Of a stretch of 28,179 nucleotides of DNA, positions 7,130 to 16,373 are shown in pieces. The stretch lies in IMG/VR virus record IMGVR_UViG_2778261154_000006, positions 1 through 28,179 of that record. One strand, given 5' to 3'. Below the pieces are notes generated by a model. The model was not told the origin of the DNA, searched no databases, and saw only the letters and a program-made list of their open reading frames with translations. Made by a program: the position numbers and the translations under genes. This stretch comes from a virus. Taxonomy: Duplodnaviria; Heunggongvirae; Uroviricota; Caudoviricetes. How positions within the stretch are numbered: the stretch's first letter is position 1; each line of letters starts with the position of its first letter.

Positions 7130-7543
7130 ATGAAGAGCGTTAAGGGACTTTCAGATATTCAGGATTTTTTTAACTGGATGTGGGCGGTGGATCCACGCCT
7201 CGCTTCCCGTCTCAATGACCTGCACGACTATTACCGCCGCGCCTGTAAACAGGCCGCCAGCAGCGCCACCACATACGGTGAGTTTTCCTTCACCGTTGAC
7301 GACCGTTACCGCGTGGACGTCAGAGACCAGAACAACAGCCTGGAGCTGGGCCTGTTCCACATCAACGGACTCGACAGCAGTGTTATCAGCTGGTCATCGT
7401 CAGAAATGGTGCTCGTTCTGGAAATGACCACCCACAGCGTGGTCGTGAAAGGGATTAAAACGGCAGAAGACTTTATCGCTGAATACCAGCGTCTTCTTGT
7501 GCTGTACCGGGCTGTATTTCAGAAGGCAACAGCAGGGGAGTAA
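7130..7543 (+). CDS. hypothetical protein immediately upstream of the replication gene (P2 B-position)
   Basis: 137-aa ORF with GGAGG SD upstream, ending 5 bp before the A gene start. Confidence 0.45.
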   Translation: MKSVKGLSDIQDFFNWMWAVDPRLASRLNDLHDYYRRACKQAASSATTYGEFSFTVDDRYRVDVRDQNNSLELGLFHINGLDSSVISWSSSEMVLVLEMTTHSVVVKGIKTAEDFIAEYQRLLVLYRAVFQKATAGE

Positions 7544-7548
7544 GCGGA

Positions 7549-10065
7549 ATGAGCCATCACAACACACACCTGGCGTACCCGTGGAATGCCCCGCTGCCGG
7601 TTATTGATCCTGAGACGTTCGGCAGAGCGTTACCGCAGAAGCCAACCGCATTACAACGGGCAATCCGGGACTACCTCACCGAAGACATTCGCACTGAGGC
7701 CCGGCTGGATGAAGAAACCGTGGTCTTCCTGACAACCACGGACAAAGGCAAACAAATTAATTCACACCTTCACCGGGACGAAGAGCGGCAGACAAGGCTG
7801 GATAAGCTGGCACGACACAGACGCGAAAATCCGCCAACGGAGGTATCGGAAGCGATAGCCGAACTTCGCGCCCTGCCACCGTTTCTTGCCAGCGTGCTGA
7901 TCCGCGATCTGGCACGCCTGAACCGGAAACAGCAAAGCGCCCGCAGCAAAGGTGTAAAAAACAATAGCGCATACGTGGCCGATAACTTCGTTCGCCGTGG
8001 ACTGCGCGCGCGCCTGAAACGTATCGAACGGGTTAACGACCGCTTTGCAACGCCGGCATTCAAATCCAGTGTCATACGCCATCGCCTTGAAGAGCTGCTC
8101 ATGCTGCCGCAACTCAGCCGCGACAAGATCCAGCGCATCGCCACACTGACTGCGCAGTTCTTTACCGCAGAATTTGAACGCATATGTGATGAAGTTCCTG
8201 AACAGACCGGAAAGAATAATGACAGCCCGGTTATCTGGCTGCTGGCCTACCAGAAGATGGCACGCATAGCCTTAACGCTGGGCGTGATCCCGCCATACTG
8301 GCCGGAACTCGAAATCAGGCACAACCGACGCACACCGCCGGACCCTGAACTGATACCGGGTGCGGTACTGCGCATCACCTGCGCGACCTGGTGGAACAAC
8401 CAGTTACGCCACATCGCCGATCTCTGGCGGGAGGAGTTACTGCGTGCCGCCGGCAGAGTGTCACGTAAACAATCCCCTTATATCAGCCATGAATCACTAC
8501 TGGAGTTTCGCGAGAAGCGCCAGCGCACCCGTGATTTTCTCAAAAGCTGGGATATTGAAAACGAAGACGGCGAGCGCCTGAGTCTGGAGGAAGTGTACTG
8601 GGCGGGCCCGGGGAATCCACGCAACCGCCGCAATGAAATGATGGTCTGCGTCAGAGGGATGGAGATGGTAGCCGAATTGCGGGGTGACGTCGCATTCTTC
8701 ATCACGGTAACAGCCCCTTCCCGCTTTCACAGCGTGAACGAAGACGGCAGCCTGAACCCGAAATACAACGGTGCCACTGTACGCGATACCAGTGATTATC
8801 TGGTTTACGACTTCTTCGCAGCCGTAAGAAAAAAAATCAAAAAAGAGGGGCTGGGCTGGTACGGCGTGCGAACCGCTGAGCCACACCATGACGGCACGCC
8901 ACACTGGCATATGCTGGTATTCACGTCCCCTGAGAACGCAGAGCACATCATCGAAATTATGCGCGACGCAGCGATTAAATCAGATCGCCACGAACTGGGG
9001 GACGATATTTCGCCGCGCTTTGAATGCGAGAAGATAGATCCGGAAAAAGGGTCGCCGGCAAGCTATATCGCAACCTATATCGGTAAGAACCTGGACGCCA
9101 GCGCCTTCCACAACAATGATCCGAAAACCGGAAAACCTTACGTCGATAAGGAATCCGGGAAAACCATGGCGGAAACCGTGGAGAACGCCATTGCATGGGC
9201 GAGCCTTCACCGCATACGTCAGTTCCAGTTTTTCGGCATTCCGCCCCGCCAGGTGTGGCGTGAACTCCGCCGCCTTGCAAGCCAGATGGGGCGCAACCCG
9301 GCATCACCGAAGCGACTCGATCATGGCGATATTGACGCCATTATGGCCGCCGCAGACGTAGGGTGTTTTGCCACCTACATCATGAAACAGGGTGGCGTGC
9401 TTATTCCACGCAACCAGTATCTGGTCCGCACCGCATACAAAACCGCAGACGAAGCTAATGACTACGGCGAATTCCCGCAGCGCATCTACGGAATTTGCGC
9501 CCCGTCACTCGGGGAACGGTACACCATCTGCACCCATCCGGATGAGTGGAAACTGGTCAGAAAAGAATCTGACGCCGACAACAGCACGGACGAGGGTTTT
9601 GACCTTCGGGGCGGCTTCGCCGCACCTTGGACTCGTGGCAATAACTGTCCCGGTGACGAAAAAACAGCCGGAACCGGCACAGAAAACAGGCAGCGTGGGT
9701 CGCGGCTGACGCTTCCGGAAAGCGGCCTGGCGCACTGGTTGCAGACGTTAACCCGTCACGAGCGGAAACAGCTCATCAGACAGCTTAAAAATCAGCCGCC
9801 CACCACGGATACCGGACAAAATAACACCAGACCAGCATCAGACACCCCTGTCAGGGTGGAGGTTGTCGTGCCTGTCGACACCACGACCATCGCACAAATC
9901 ACCCGCGAACTCGACGCGCTGGGTGTGCAGCTGCCTGACGCAGCCATTATTTCCGTGAGTAACGGTGCCCGCGTTCGCCCGGGCGACGGGCGTATCGCGT
10001 ACTGGAGCGCCACAACCCGCCGTATCGTCATCACACAGGAGTCGTCAGCGGAGGTAAGATCATGA
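7549..10065 (+). CDS. A: rolling-circle replication initiation endonuclease, P2 gpA family (HUH nuclease)
   Basis: 838-aa ORF. HUH motif in GTPHWHMLVF, and a Y-x-x-x-Y pair in SYIATYIGKNLD as in the gpA active site. Size and position match P2 A. Confidence 0.88.
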   Translation: MSHHNTHLAYPWNAPLPVIDPETFGRALPQKPTALQRAIRDYLTEDIRTEARLDEETVVFLTTTDKGKQINSHLHRDEERQTRLDKLARHRRENPPTEVSEAIAELRALPPFLASVLIRDLARLNRKQQSARSKGVKNNSAYVADNFVRRGLRARLKRIERVNDRFATPAFKSSVIRHRLEELLMLPQLSRDKIQRIATLTAQFFTAEFERICDEVPEQTGKNNDSPVIWLLAYQKMARIALTLGVIPPYWPELEIRHNRRTPPDPELIPGAVLRITCATWWNNQLRHIADLWREELLRAAGRVSRKQSPYISHESLLEFREKRQRTRDFLKSWDIENEDGERLSLEEVYWAGPGNPRNRRNEMMVCVRGMEMVAELRGDVAFFITVTAPSRFHSVNEDGSLNPKYNGATVRDTSDYLVYDFFAAVRKKIKKEGLGWYGVRTAEPHHDGTPHWHMLVFTSPENAEHIIEIMRDAAIKSDRHELGDDISPRFECEKIDPEKGSPASYIATYIGKNLDASAFHNNDPKTGKPYVDKESGKTMAETVENAIAWASLHRIRQFQFFGIPPRQVWRELRRLASQMGRNPASPKRLDHGDIDAIMAAADVGCFATYIMKQGGVLIPRNQYLVRTAYKTADEANDYGEFPQRIYGICAPSLGERYTICTHPDEWKLVRKESDADNSTDEGFDLRGGFAAPWTRGNNCPGDEKTAGTGTENRQRGSRLTLPESGLAHWLQTLTRHERKQLIRQLKNQPPTTDTGQNNTRPASDTPVRVEVVVPVDTTTIAQITRELDALGVQLPDAAIISVSNGARVRPGDGRIAYWSATTRRIVITQESSAEVRS

Positions 10066-10493
10066 CGCGATTTCACTGCACCATGCAGCGTCAGCAGTTC
10101 GACGCCGTTATGCGCCAGCGCACGCCAGCCATGACACTGAGAGGCGTAGCCACAAGACCACAGCCCGGGGACGAACTGGAAATCACGGTGGCCAGCCCCG
10201 ATCGCACCACCACAACCACCATCACCGACATACTTAACAGGCGACCGGGCAGTGAATATCAGAGCTGGACCATTGCCGTTCGCCCACGCCGTTCGCCGGA
10301 AGAACCGGAGCCGCTCACCCCGGCCGGAAAAATCATGCAGAAGTACCACGAAGAGCAGGCCCGCAAACACAATGTCGCGCTGGCCAGAACACTGACTGCC
10401 GTCAATCGCAAGGCCGCACTGGCGCGAAGGGTCTTTTCATCGCAGCACCCTTCATTCGCCAGACCGGCACAACACAGGAGAGATCCACAATGA
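10062..10493 (+). CDS. hypothetical protein
   Basis: 143-aa ORF whose start overlaps the A stop. No confident motif. Confidence 0.4.
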   Translation: MTRFHCTMQRQQFDAVMRQRTPAMTLRGVATRPQPGDELEITVASPDRTTTTTITDILNRRPGSEYQSWTIAVRPRRSPEEPEPLTPAGKIMQKYHEEQARKHNVALARTLTAVNRKAALARRVFSSQHPSFARPAQHRRDPQ

Positions 10494-10738
10494 GAGAGCA
10501 ATTACCAGACACCGTGCCAGTACAGGAAATCAAAGAAAATATCAGGCAACAACTTCACGGATTTTATATTACTTATGATTTGTGGCTGAAAAACGGAGCA
10601 AATCCAGACGGAATATTTTCGCGAAACTGTGGTTTATGCGCCAGCCTCTGGGATTATCTCGAATTAACGGGTGCTGATAAAGAAGCCGCACTGGAGCTAT
10701 TGCACATTGATTTCAGAAATGCCGGGCGAACCGCATAG
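10490..10738 (+). CDS. hypothetical small protein in a lower-GC patch (accessory gene at the P2 tin/old-equivalent position)
   Basis: 82-aa ORF with ATGA start/stop overlap. Visibly AT-richer than flanking phage DNA. Confidence 0.4.
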   Translation: MREQLPDTVPVQEIKENIRQQLHGFYITYDLWLKNGANPDGIFSRNCGLCASLWDYLELTGADKEAALELLHIDFRNAGRTA

Positions 10739-10793
10739 CGGTGAGTCTGTCAGGGCGAGGAAGCGGAAGATCCACCGCCCCACAGAATGGCAC

Positions 10794-11069
10794 TTACGCG
10801 CCATCACTGAGCAGAATATCCAGTGCCATTTGCCTTTCGTCTGGTTTAAGGCGCTGGAGCAATGCTTTAACGACACCATCAGTTTGCAGGTCACTGGGTG
10901 AAATCACGCGAAGATCGGAAAGATTGAGCGAAAAACGCATATTACAGTCAGAATTAGTGCAGGTGCAATAAACTACCGCCAGCGTTTTTGCGTCATCCTG
11001 CCATGCAGTTTTGCGTATAGCCGCCCGGCAGTGACACGCCGGACATTCAATTTTCATCACACCCGCCAT
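10794..11069 (-). CDS. Ogr/Delta-family zinc-finger late-gene transcriptional activator (putative)
   Basis: 91-aa ORF. ECPACHC...YCTCTNSDCNMRF gives a C-x2-C...C-x4-C arrangement with spacing like P2 Ogr (CPLCQH...CQNVNCSATF, recalled from memory). Confidence 0.55.
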   Translation of the reverse strand: MAGVMKIECPACHCRAAIRKTAWQDDAKTLAVVYCTCTNSDCNMRFSLNLSDLRVISPSDLQTDGVVKALLQRLKPDERQMALDILLSDGA

Positions 11070-11119
11070 ACCCCCCCCACAATCTGACCGGTTGCAGGGG
11101 TAATATAGTCTTTTTCGGG

Positions 11120-12175
11120 TTATTTTTCATCAGCCAGCGCAGACACCACATTTTCCACATCTTCCAGCGTAAAATTAAGGTGTAACGACGGGGGGATTTC
11201 GGGATCGCTGTTCACAGCCTGCATGAATTTACGGCAGACAGGTGTCACTTCATCCCGTCCATAGGTTGTCCTTGCCTTATCGGGATCGCCAAGTCCGCTC
11301 GCATTTTGCGGGATAATACCGGCAAGACCAGCCGGAAAGCGGTGCGCCGTAAGAACATCCTGAGCGCTGATATTCTTCACATTTGAAAACTCATCTTTTT
11401 GCTGAATATCCCCAACCGGAATAATTTTAATCCCGTCCGGTTGCCCTTTTGGGATACTGATAAACATGTTACGGAAATTCCCAAGCCCGTTACCGCTCTC
11501 TATTTTTTTACGTATAGCTTCTTCAGCCTCAACAGACATATTCGGGTCGGACGCGTACATGATGAACCCCATATGCGCACCGTTGTGATAGTAGCGACGT
11601 CTGAAAATGGTCGCCTCACTGTTCAGTAACGCTGAATGAATACCACCGATATAATCAGGCAGTCCATAAATCTGCTGTCGCGGATCATGCATACGTAAAA
11701 ACACAACATCAGACGGCGAATAGACCAGCGGCTCGCCCTCCTGTAACACGATAAAATCAAGTTGCTTGCTGCGACGCAGATACAAAGACGGTAATGGTGC
11801 CAGCGCCACCACCCGTCCCCACCCGTTACGGACCTTCAGAATGGCCACATCACCAAACAGCAGGTAGTCAAAGACAGCCATTTCCATCTGATCGGTCGTC
11901 AGTCCACCCCCCTGGTAGCTGGCACACACCATATTTTTGCGTGCATACAGTACGCCGCCATGCTGGGCGTTAAGGTTCGGCAACTGCGCGAGCGCAAGTC
12001 TGTCTATTGGTAGTGTCCAGTAGTTGTAGCTACCGTTATACCAGACGTTGATGTATTCCGTGCCGGTAGTCAGTATCGGTTCCGGCTCCCCAAAAGTGAT
12101 AATATTGCCGCGTCCGGGAGTAAAATTTTCTGTCTGTGCCCGTTTACGCAGGCGTGCGCTTTTACGTTTACTCAT
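11120..12175 (-). CDS. Q: portal protein, P2 gpQ family
   Basis: Leftward gene directly downstream of the terminase with ATGA overlap at 12172-12175. About 351 aa from this start, close to P2 Q. The track ORF extends to 12196, but the ATG at 12175 is translationally coupled to the P stop. Confidence 0.8.
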   Translation of the reverse strand: MSKRKSARLRKRAQTENFTPGRGNIITFGEPEPILTTGTEYINVWYNGSYNYWTLPIDRLALAQLPNLNAQHGGVLYARKNMVCASYQGGGLTTDQMEMAVFDYLLFGDVAILKVRNGWGRVVALAPLPSLYLRRSKQLDFIVLQEGEPLVYSPSDVVFLRMHDPRQQIYGLPDYIGGIHSALLNSEATIFRRRYYHNGAHMGFIMYASDPNMSVEAEEAIRKKIESGNGLGNFRNMFISIPKGQPDGIKIIPVGDIQQKDEFSNVKNISAQDVLTAHRFPAGLAGIIPQNASGLGDPDKARTTYGRDEVTPVCRKFMQAVNSDPEIPPSLHLNFTLEDVENVVSALADEK

Positions 12176-13995
12176 GCAGCCTTCCCGAATGCCCACACCG
12201 AGGGGCGGTCATATTCATAGTCGAGCGGTTCATTACAGACCGCGTGCGATATGGCAAAAAATACGTCCGCGTGACCGGTCGTTTCGCTGCGTTCGGCGGC
12301 GAACGTCATTGCGTTCTGACTGGCAGTCATTACACGGCGGATGGCCATAAATGCCAGCGGGATATCGGCACGTTCTTTTGTCACCTCATCAACCGCATCT
12401 TTCACCCACTGGATACGTCGCCGCTCAATGAGGTCAATCATCTTAAGCACCAGTTTATTTTTATTATCAACACTGTAGTTAATCCCCATCACCTCACGCG
12501 GTGCGGAGCGTACCAGTTGATCATAAACACCCCGGCCAATACCCGTGATATCCACCCCGATATGCGTAAACCGGTAGCGTTTCATTAATTCTTCAATCTG
12601 CTTAACCTGCCAGGTGAAGTTAAGCCCCACCCACTGGTAGACAGCCAGCACGCGAAATTTTTCTTCAGGCTCAACAGGCGGGGCCACAATAACAAATGTT
12701 GAGTTATCACCCGTTCGTGACGGATCAAAACCACCCCACACCTCACGATTACCAAAAGGCCGTAATGCGGAGGGGTCGAAGTCCTGCCAGATGCCGAACT
12801 CAACCTCACATTTTTCAAGGTCTGAGAATTTAAATACTGTGTCGCGGGAGTCAGTGAACTCACACATGTACAGCATGGCAAACGCCGTGGCGCTGTAGCG
12901 GTTACGCAGCTTCTCAATGTTAACTCTGGCACTGAGTCCCTTAGCGCACGCATCCTCCATTGTGATGACATAGCGCCAGATCCCGTCAGGGCAGACCTGT
13001 CCACCTTTACGCAATTCCTTGCTGGTCGGGAACTCCGCCGCCTTACGTTTCGGATCGTCGCCCTTCCATTCATCCCCTGTCCACAGCCTGTAAGCCTGGT
13101 GCGTTTTAGCGCTGGGGGTTGAAAAATAGGTAATACGGAATTCGTCATGCGTCGCCATCGCTGACGCCACTTCATGCAGGCGGGCAAATTTCGGTATCCA
13201 GAAGACCTCATCCCCGTACAGGTCGCCACTGTAGGACTGCGCCGTATTGGGATTGGTCGCCAGAAAACGCAGTATCGCACCATTGCTGAGGCGAATCGGG
13301 TTGCCTTTAAGCTCGACACCAAAGAATTGCTGCGCAATACTGAGAATATAGAAACGGAAAACTTCCGCCTGGGGTTTACTGGCGGAAAAGAATATCTGAT
13401 TCTTGCCCGTGAGAACGGCCTTTTCAAACCCTTCCCATGCAAAATAGTAGGTAAATCCTTCCTGTCGCCCTTTCAGAATGAAGCGGAACAGTTCGTCGCC
13501 GTGCTCACGCACATATTGCTGATATTCAAACAGATGACCATTCGCTTTTTCATCAAATATTTCTTTTGTCAGTCCGCCGACATCATTTTTACGTAGTCGC
13601 TTCCTTTTTTTACCACCTTCGTCATTCCCTTCTTCACTGCTACCCTGTCGGCCATCATTGACCACCACGCCGGTATTGACCATCGCCCGGATCTCTTCCA
13701 TCCGTTCAGCATGTTTGTTCTTCTGCGCCATCAGCCTGACGTGCTGGGATATCAGGAAGCGCAGCTCTTCAAGCTCAAGCTCGCTTTTACCATCCTTGCA
13801 GGTCAGTCGTTCCACTCGCCGGGCGACAGCCACTTCCACCGACTCGGCTGGTAACATTTCATTCCATTGCCCCCGGACAGCCCAGTTATAAACGGTACGC
13901 ACAGGAAGCCCCAGCGTGGCCGCTATCTCTTTTGGTGTACTGAATTTCAGATACAGGGCGCGGGCAGCGTCCCTGACTTCTTCGGTATATTTCAT
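12172..13995 (-). CDS. P: terminase large (ATPase) subunit, P2 gpP family
   Basis: Long leftward ORF divergent from the capsid operon. N-terminal HTH-like segment after MKYTEE. About 607 aa from the ATG at 13995. The track ORF extends to 14190; the start is uncertain. Confidence 0.8.
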   Translation of the reverse strand: MKYTEEVRDAARALYLKFSTPKEIAATLGLPVRTVYNWAVRGQWNEMLPAESVEVAVARRVERLTCKDGKSELELEELRFLISQHVRLMAQKNKHAERMEEIRAMVNTGVVVNDGRQGSSEEGNDEGGKKRKRLRKNDVGGLTKEIFDEKANGHLFEYQQYVREHGDELFRFILKGRQEGFTYYFAWEGFEKAVLTGKNQIFFSASKPQAEVFRFYILSIAQQFFGVELKGNPIRLSNGAILRFLATNPNTAQSYSGDLYGDEVFWIPKFARLHEVASAMATHDEFRITYFSTPSAKTHQAYRLWTGDEWKGDDPKRKAAEFPTSKELRKGGQVCPDGIWRYVITMEDACAKGLSARVNIEKLRNRYSATAFAMLYMCEFTDSRDTVFKFSDLEKCEVEFGIWQDFDPSALRPFGNREVWGGFDPSRTGDNSTFVIVAPPVEPEEKFRVLAVYQWVGLNFTWQVKQIEELMKRYRFTHIGVDITGIGRGVYDQLVRSAPREVMGINYSVDNKNKLVLKMIDLIERRRIQWVKDAVDEVTKERADIPLAFMAIRRVMTASQNAMTFAAERSETTGHADVFFAISHAVCNEPLDYEYDRPSVWAFGKAA

Positions 13996-14152
13996 TCGCC
14001 CATCATAAAGAGCAATAACACTCTGAAATATCGTTAAATTTTGGCATTTTTCGCACATAAAATCATATACGAAAAGCCCGGATTCAGAACGAATGAAACC
14101 CGCGAAAACAGCCGCAATAATACCGCCAGATACATCAAAAAGCGGTAATGAA

Positions 14153-15265
14153 ATGGCAAAGCAGAAATACACCACTGACTGGATATGCATAGCAACCGAA
14201 GGCTACGCCATCGACGGTCGCCCCATTACCCGCGAAATGATCCAGCAGGCCGCTGACAACTACAGCACCGCCAGATACACAGCGATGATCTGGCCTAATC
14301 ACCCCGTATACAGTCTTCAGGAGCGAGAATTTACCCCCAATCTGGGGCTTGTTTCCGAGCTGGCGGCTAAAGAAGACGCCGGAAGACTGCGCCTTATGGC
14401 GAAGCTGGAGCCTAACCAGGCGCTGGTTAACCTTAACGATCGCGGCCAGAAGCTCTTTACCTCGTGCGAGTTCTGGGAGAACTATGCCAACACCGGGCAA
14501 ACCTATCTGTACGGGCTGGCAGCAACCGACAGTCCGGCAAGTCTGGGAACCCAGCGCATGGAAATCAAATCAGTGGAAAACAACACACAGGGCTCACGTC
14601 CGCAGTATGCCGCCGCTGGAAATATTGAAATGTTCAGTCTTGGGCGTCTGACGCTGGTCGCTGACACCCCAACAAACCATCATGAGGATAAATCCATGAC
14701 TAAAGAACAGGCGAACCAGTTGCTAGCCCAGATTGTCACTCTGACGGCAAAAATTGACGCGCAGGCGAACACGCAACCACAGGCACAGCAACCCGCACCG
14801 GCGCAGCCCACGGCATCCGCAACAGCAGACACACAGCCAGTAACCGGGGATTTCAGCGCTCACGCTAATCACGTTGCGGAGCTGAGTGAAAAGCTTTCCG
14901 TTGCCACTGACACACTGGCCATCAACCCGAAAGACGACACGGCACGCCAGAACTACACCACCGCCGTGACGGAGCTACAGACCGCACTTAACACCTTTAC
15001 GGTGCAGCCACAGGATGCTGAAACCGCAAAACTCCAGGCACGTATCGCCGCCCGTAATGGCGGACAACAGCCAGCGCCAGCCGCAGCGCAGAATTTCAGT
15101 ACCCGGAAGACGGAAAAAGATGATGAGGCCGACGCCGCCACACTGACAACGCTTACCAGTGCAATCGAAAATCTGAGCCAGCGTTTTTCGGTCATTGAAA
15201 GCCAGCGCACACCGACGCCGGGCGCAGCCCCCGGCGGACAACCCGCACAGTTTGAGCCGCTGTAA
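14153..15265 (+). CDS. O: capsid scaffolding protein, P2 gpO family
   Basis: Segment FWENYANTGQTYLYGLAATDSPASLGTQ matches the conserved gpO core (recalled P2 gpO: NFANTGKCYLVGLAVTDDPASLGTE). Ala/Gln-rich coiled-coil C-terminus. Start placed at MAKQK (14153); the track start is 14093. Confidence 0.8.
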   Translation: MAKQKYTTDWICIATEGYAIDGRPITREMIQQAADNYSTARYTAMIWPNHPVYSLQEREFTPNLGLVSELAAKEDAGRLRLMAKLEPNQALVNLNDRGQKLFTSCEFWENYANTGQTYLYGLAATDSPASLGTQRMEIKSVENNTQGSRPQYAAAGNIEMFSLGRLTLVADTPTNHHEDKSMTKEQANQLLAQIVTLTAKIDAQANTQPQAQQPAPAQPTASATADTQPVTGDFSAHANHVAELSEKLSVATDTLAINPKDDTARQNYTTAVTELQTALNTFTVQPQDAETAKLQARIAARNGGQQPAPAAAQNFSTRKTEKDDEADAATLTTLTSAIENLSQRFSVIESQRTPTPGAAPGGQPAQFEPL

Positions 15266-15312
15266 GCGGTCGTTGAGAAAAACAGACAAAAGGACCAACC
15301 GGAGAAAAACCA

Positions 15313-16362
15313 ATGGCCGCACAGATGTTATCACCACAGGCGCAAAAGTTTTTGCGTAATTACGCCATTTCGATGGCAAAAGCCAATGGCGTATTTACAG
15401 CACAACAGTTTTTTACCATCAGCCCACCACGTGAAACCCTGCTACGCGATGCCCTGATTGAGAATGCCGACCCGTTCATGGGCAAGATCACCGTCATGCT
15501 GGTCGAACAGCTTGTCGGCCAGGTAGTCAGTACCGGAATTCCGGGGCTGTATACCGGGCGCAAGAAAGACGGACGCTTCAATAAAGCGCTGGGGAGTGAA
15601 GGCAACGAGTACAAGCTTTACGAAGTGGATTCCGGTTCATTCCTGGACTACACCACCCTGACCAACTGGGCAAACGCAGGCACCGAAAACGAGTTCTATA
15701 ACCGTCTTCAGGCGTTCTTTTACAAGTCAGTCACCAACGACCTGTTACGCGTGGCACTGAACGGTACGCATGCCGCAGATGAAACCAATCCTGATACCTG
15801 CCCGAACGGGGAAGATATTCACCCGGGATGGCATCAGATTGTTAAAGCGCGCACACCAAAACAGATCATTACTGACAAGGTCGTATTGAACCGTACAGGA
15901 ACCGGGGCTGATTTTACGTCTGTTGATGCTATTGCCGCCGATGTAATTAATACCTGCATTCCACCCGAATTCCGTCAACACCCGGATCTGGTTGTACTGG
16001 TATCACAGAACATTATCGCAGCAGATACGGTCAGTATGCTGAACCGCATCGACCGCCCGACAGAAAAAGTCGCCGCCCAGCTTATCAACCGTGAGATCGC
16101 CGGACGCAAGTCATTCAGTCCGCCATTTATGCCGGATAACCGCCTGGTTGTCACCACGCTCTGGAATCTGCATATGTACTTCCAGCGCGGAACACAGCAA
16201 CGCCGTGCTGAATGGATTGATGACCGCAAACGCTTCGAAAACAACTGGCTGCGTATGCAGGGTTGCGCCGTGGAATATGACGCACTCTACGGTTCATTTG
16301 ACAACATTGAACTGGCGGGACTGCCATCACCTGAACATGCGAAACCAAACCAGGTAGCATAA
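15313..16362 (+). CDS. N: major capsid protein, P2 gpN family
   Basis: 349-aa ORF after the scaffold gene. Segment NTCIPPEFRQHPDLVVLVS resembles P2 gpN (NLIEPWYQEDPDLVVIVG, recalled from memory). Gene order O-N-M-L. Confidence 0.85.
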   Translation: MAAQMLSPQAQKFLRNYAISMAKANGVFTAQQFFTISPPRETLLRDALIENADPFMGKITVMLVEQLVGQVVSTGIPGLYTGRKKDGRFNKALGSEGNEYKLYEVDSGSFLDYTTLTNWANAGTENEFYNRLQAFFYKSVTNDLLRVALNGTHAADETNPDTCPNGEDIHPGWHQIVKARTPKQIITDKVVLNRTGTGADFTSVDAIAADVINTCIPPEFRQHPDLVVLVSQNIIAADTVSMLNRIDRPTEKVAAQLINREIAGRKSFSPPFMPDNRLVVTTLWNLHMYFQRGTQQRRAEWIDDRKRFENNWLRMQGCAVEYDALYGSFDNIELAGLPSPEHAKPNQVA

Positions 16363-16373
16363 CGGTCTGACGT

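Noticed and set aside
6525-7133. 202-aa ORF spanning the gap between the HTH-protein gene and the gene at 7130
   Set aside because: The translation is low-complexity (Ser/Thr/Pro/Arg-rich), the ORF contains a strong intrinsic terminator and several hairpins, and no SD precedes it. Treated as non-coding plus a possible short gene at 6845-7072.
10741-10971. 76-aa plus-strand ORF overlapping the Ogr-like gene
   Set aside because: It overlaps a minus-strand ORF with a recognisable zinc-finger pattern and covers the candidate cos region. It has no RBS and a low-complexity translation.
13996-14190. Extended 5' ends of the terminase ORF (to 14190) and the scaffold ORF (from 14093), which would overlap head-on in the P/O divergent region
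   Set aside because: Divergent late operons need an intergenic promoter region. Internal ATGs at 13995 (P) and 14153 (O) give sizes close to the P2 proteins. I also looked for a canonical TGT-N12-ACA Ogr box here and found no TGT on the plus strand, so I did not call a late promoter.
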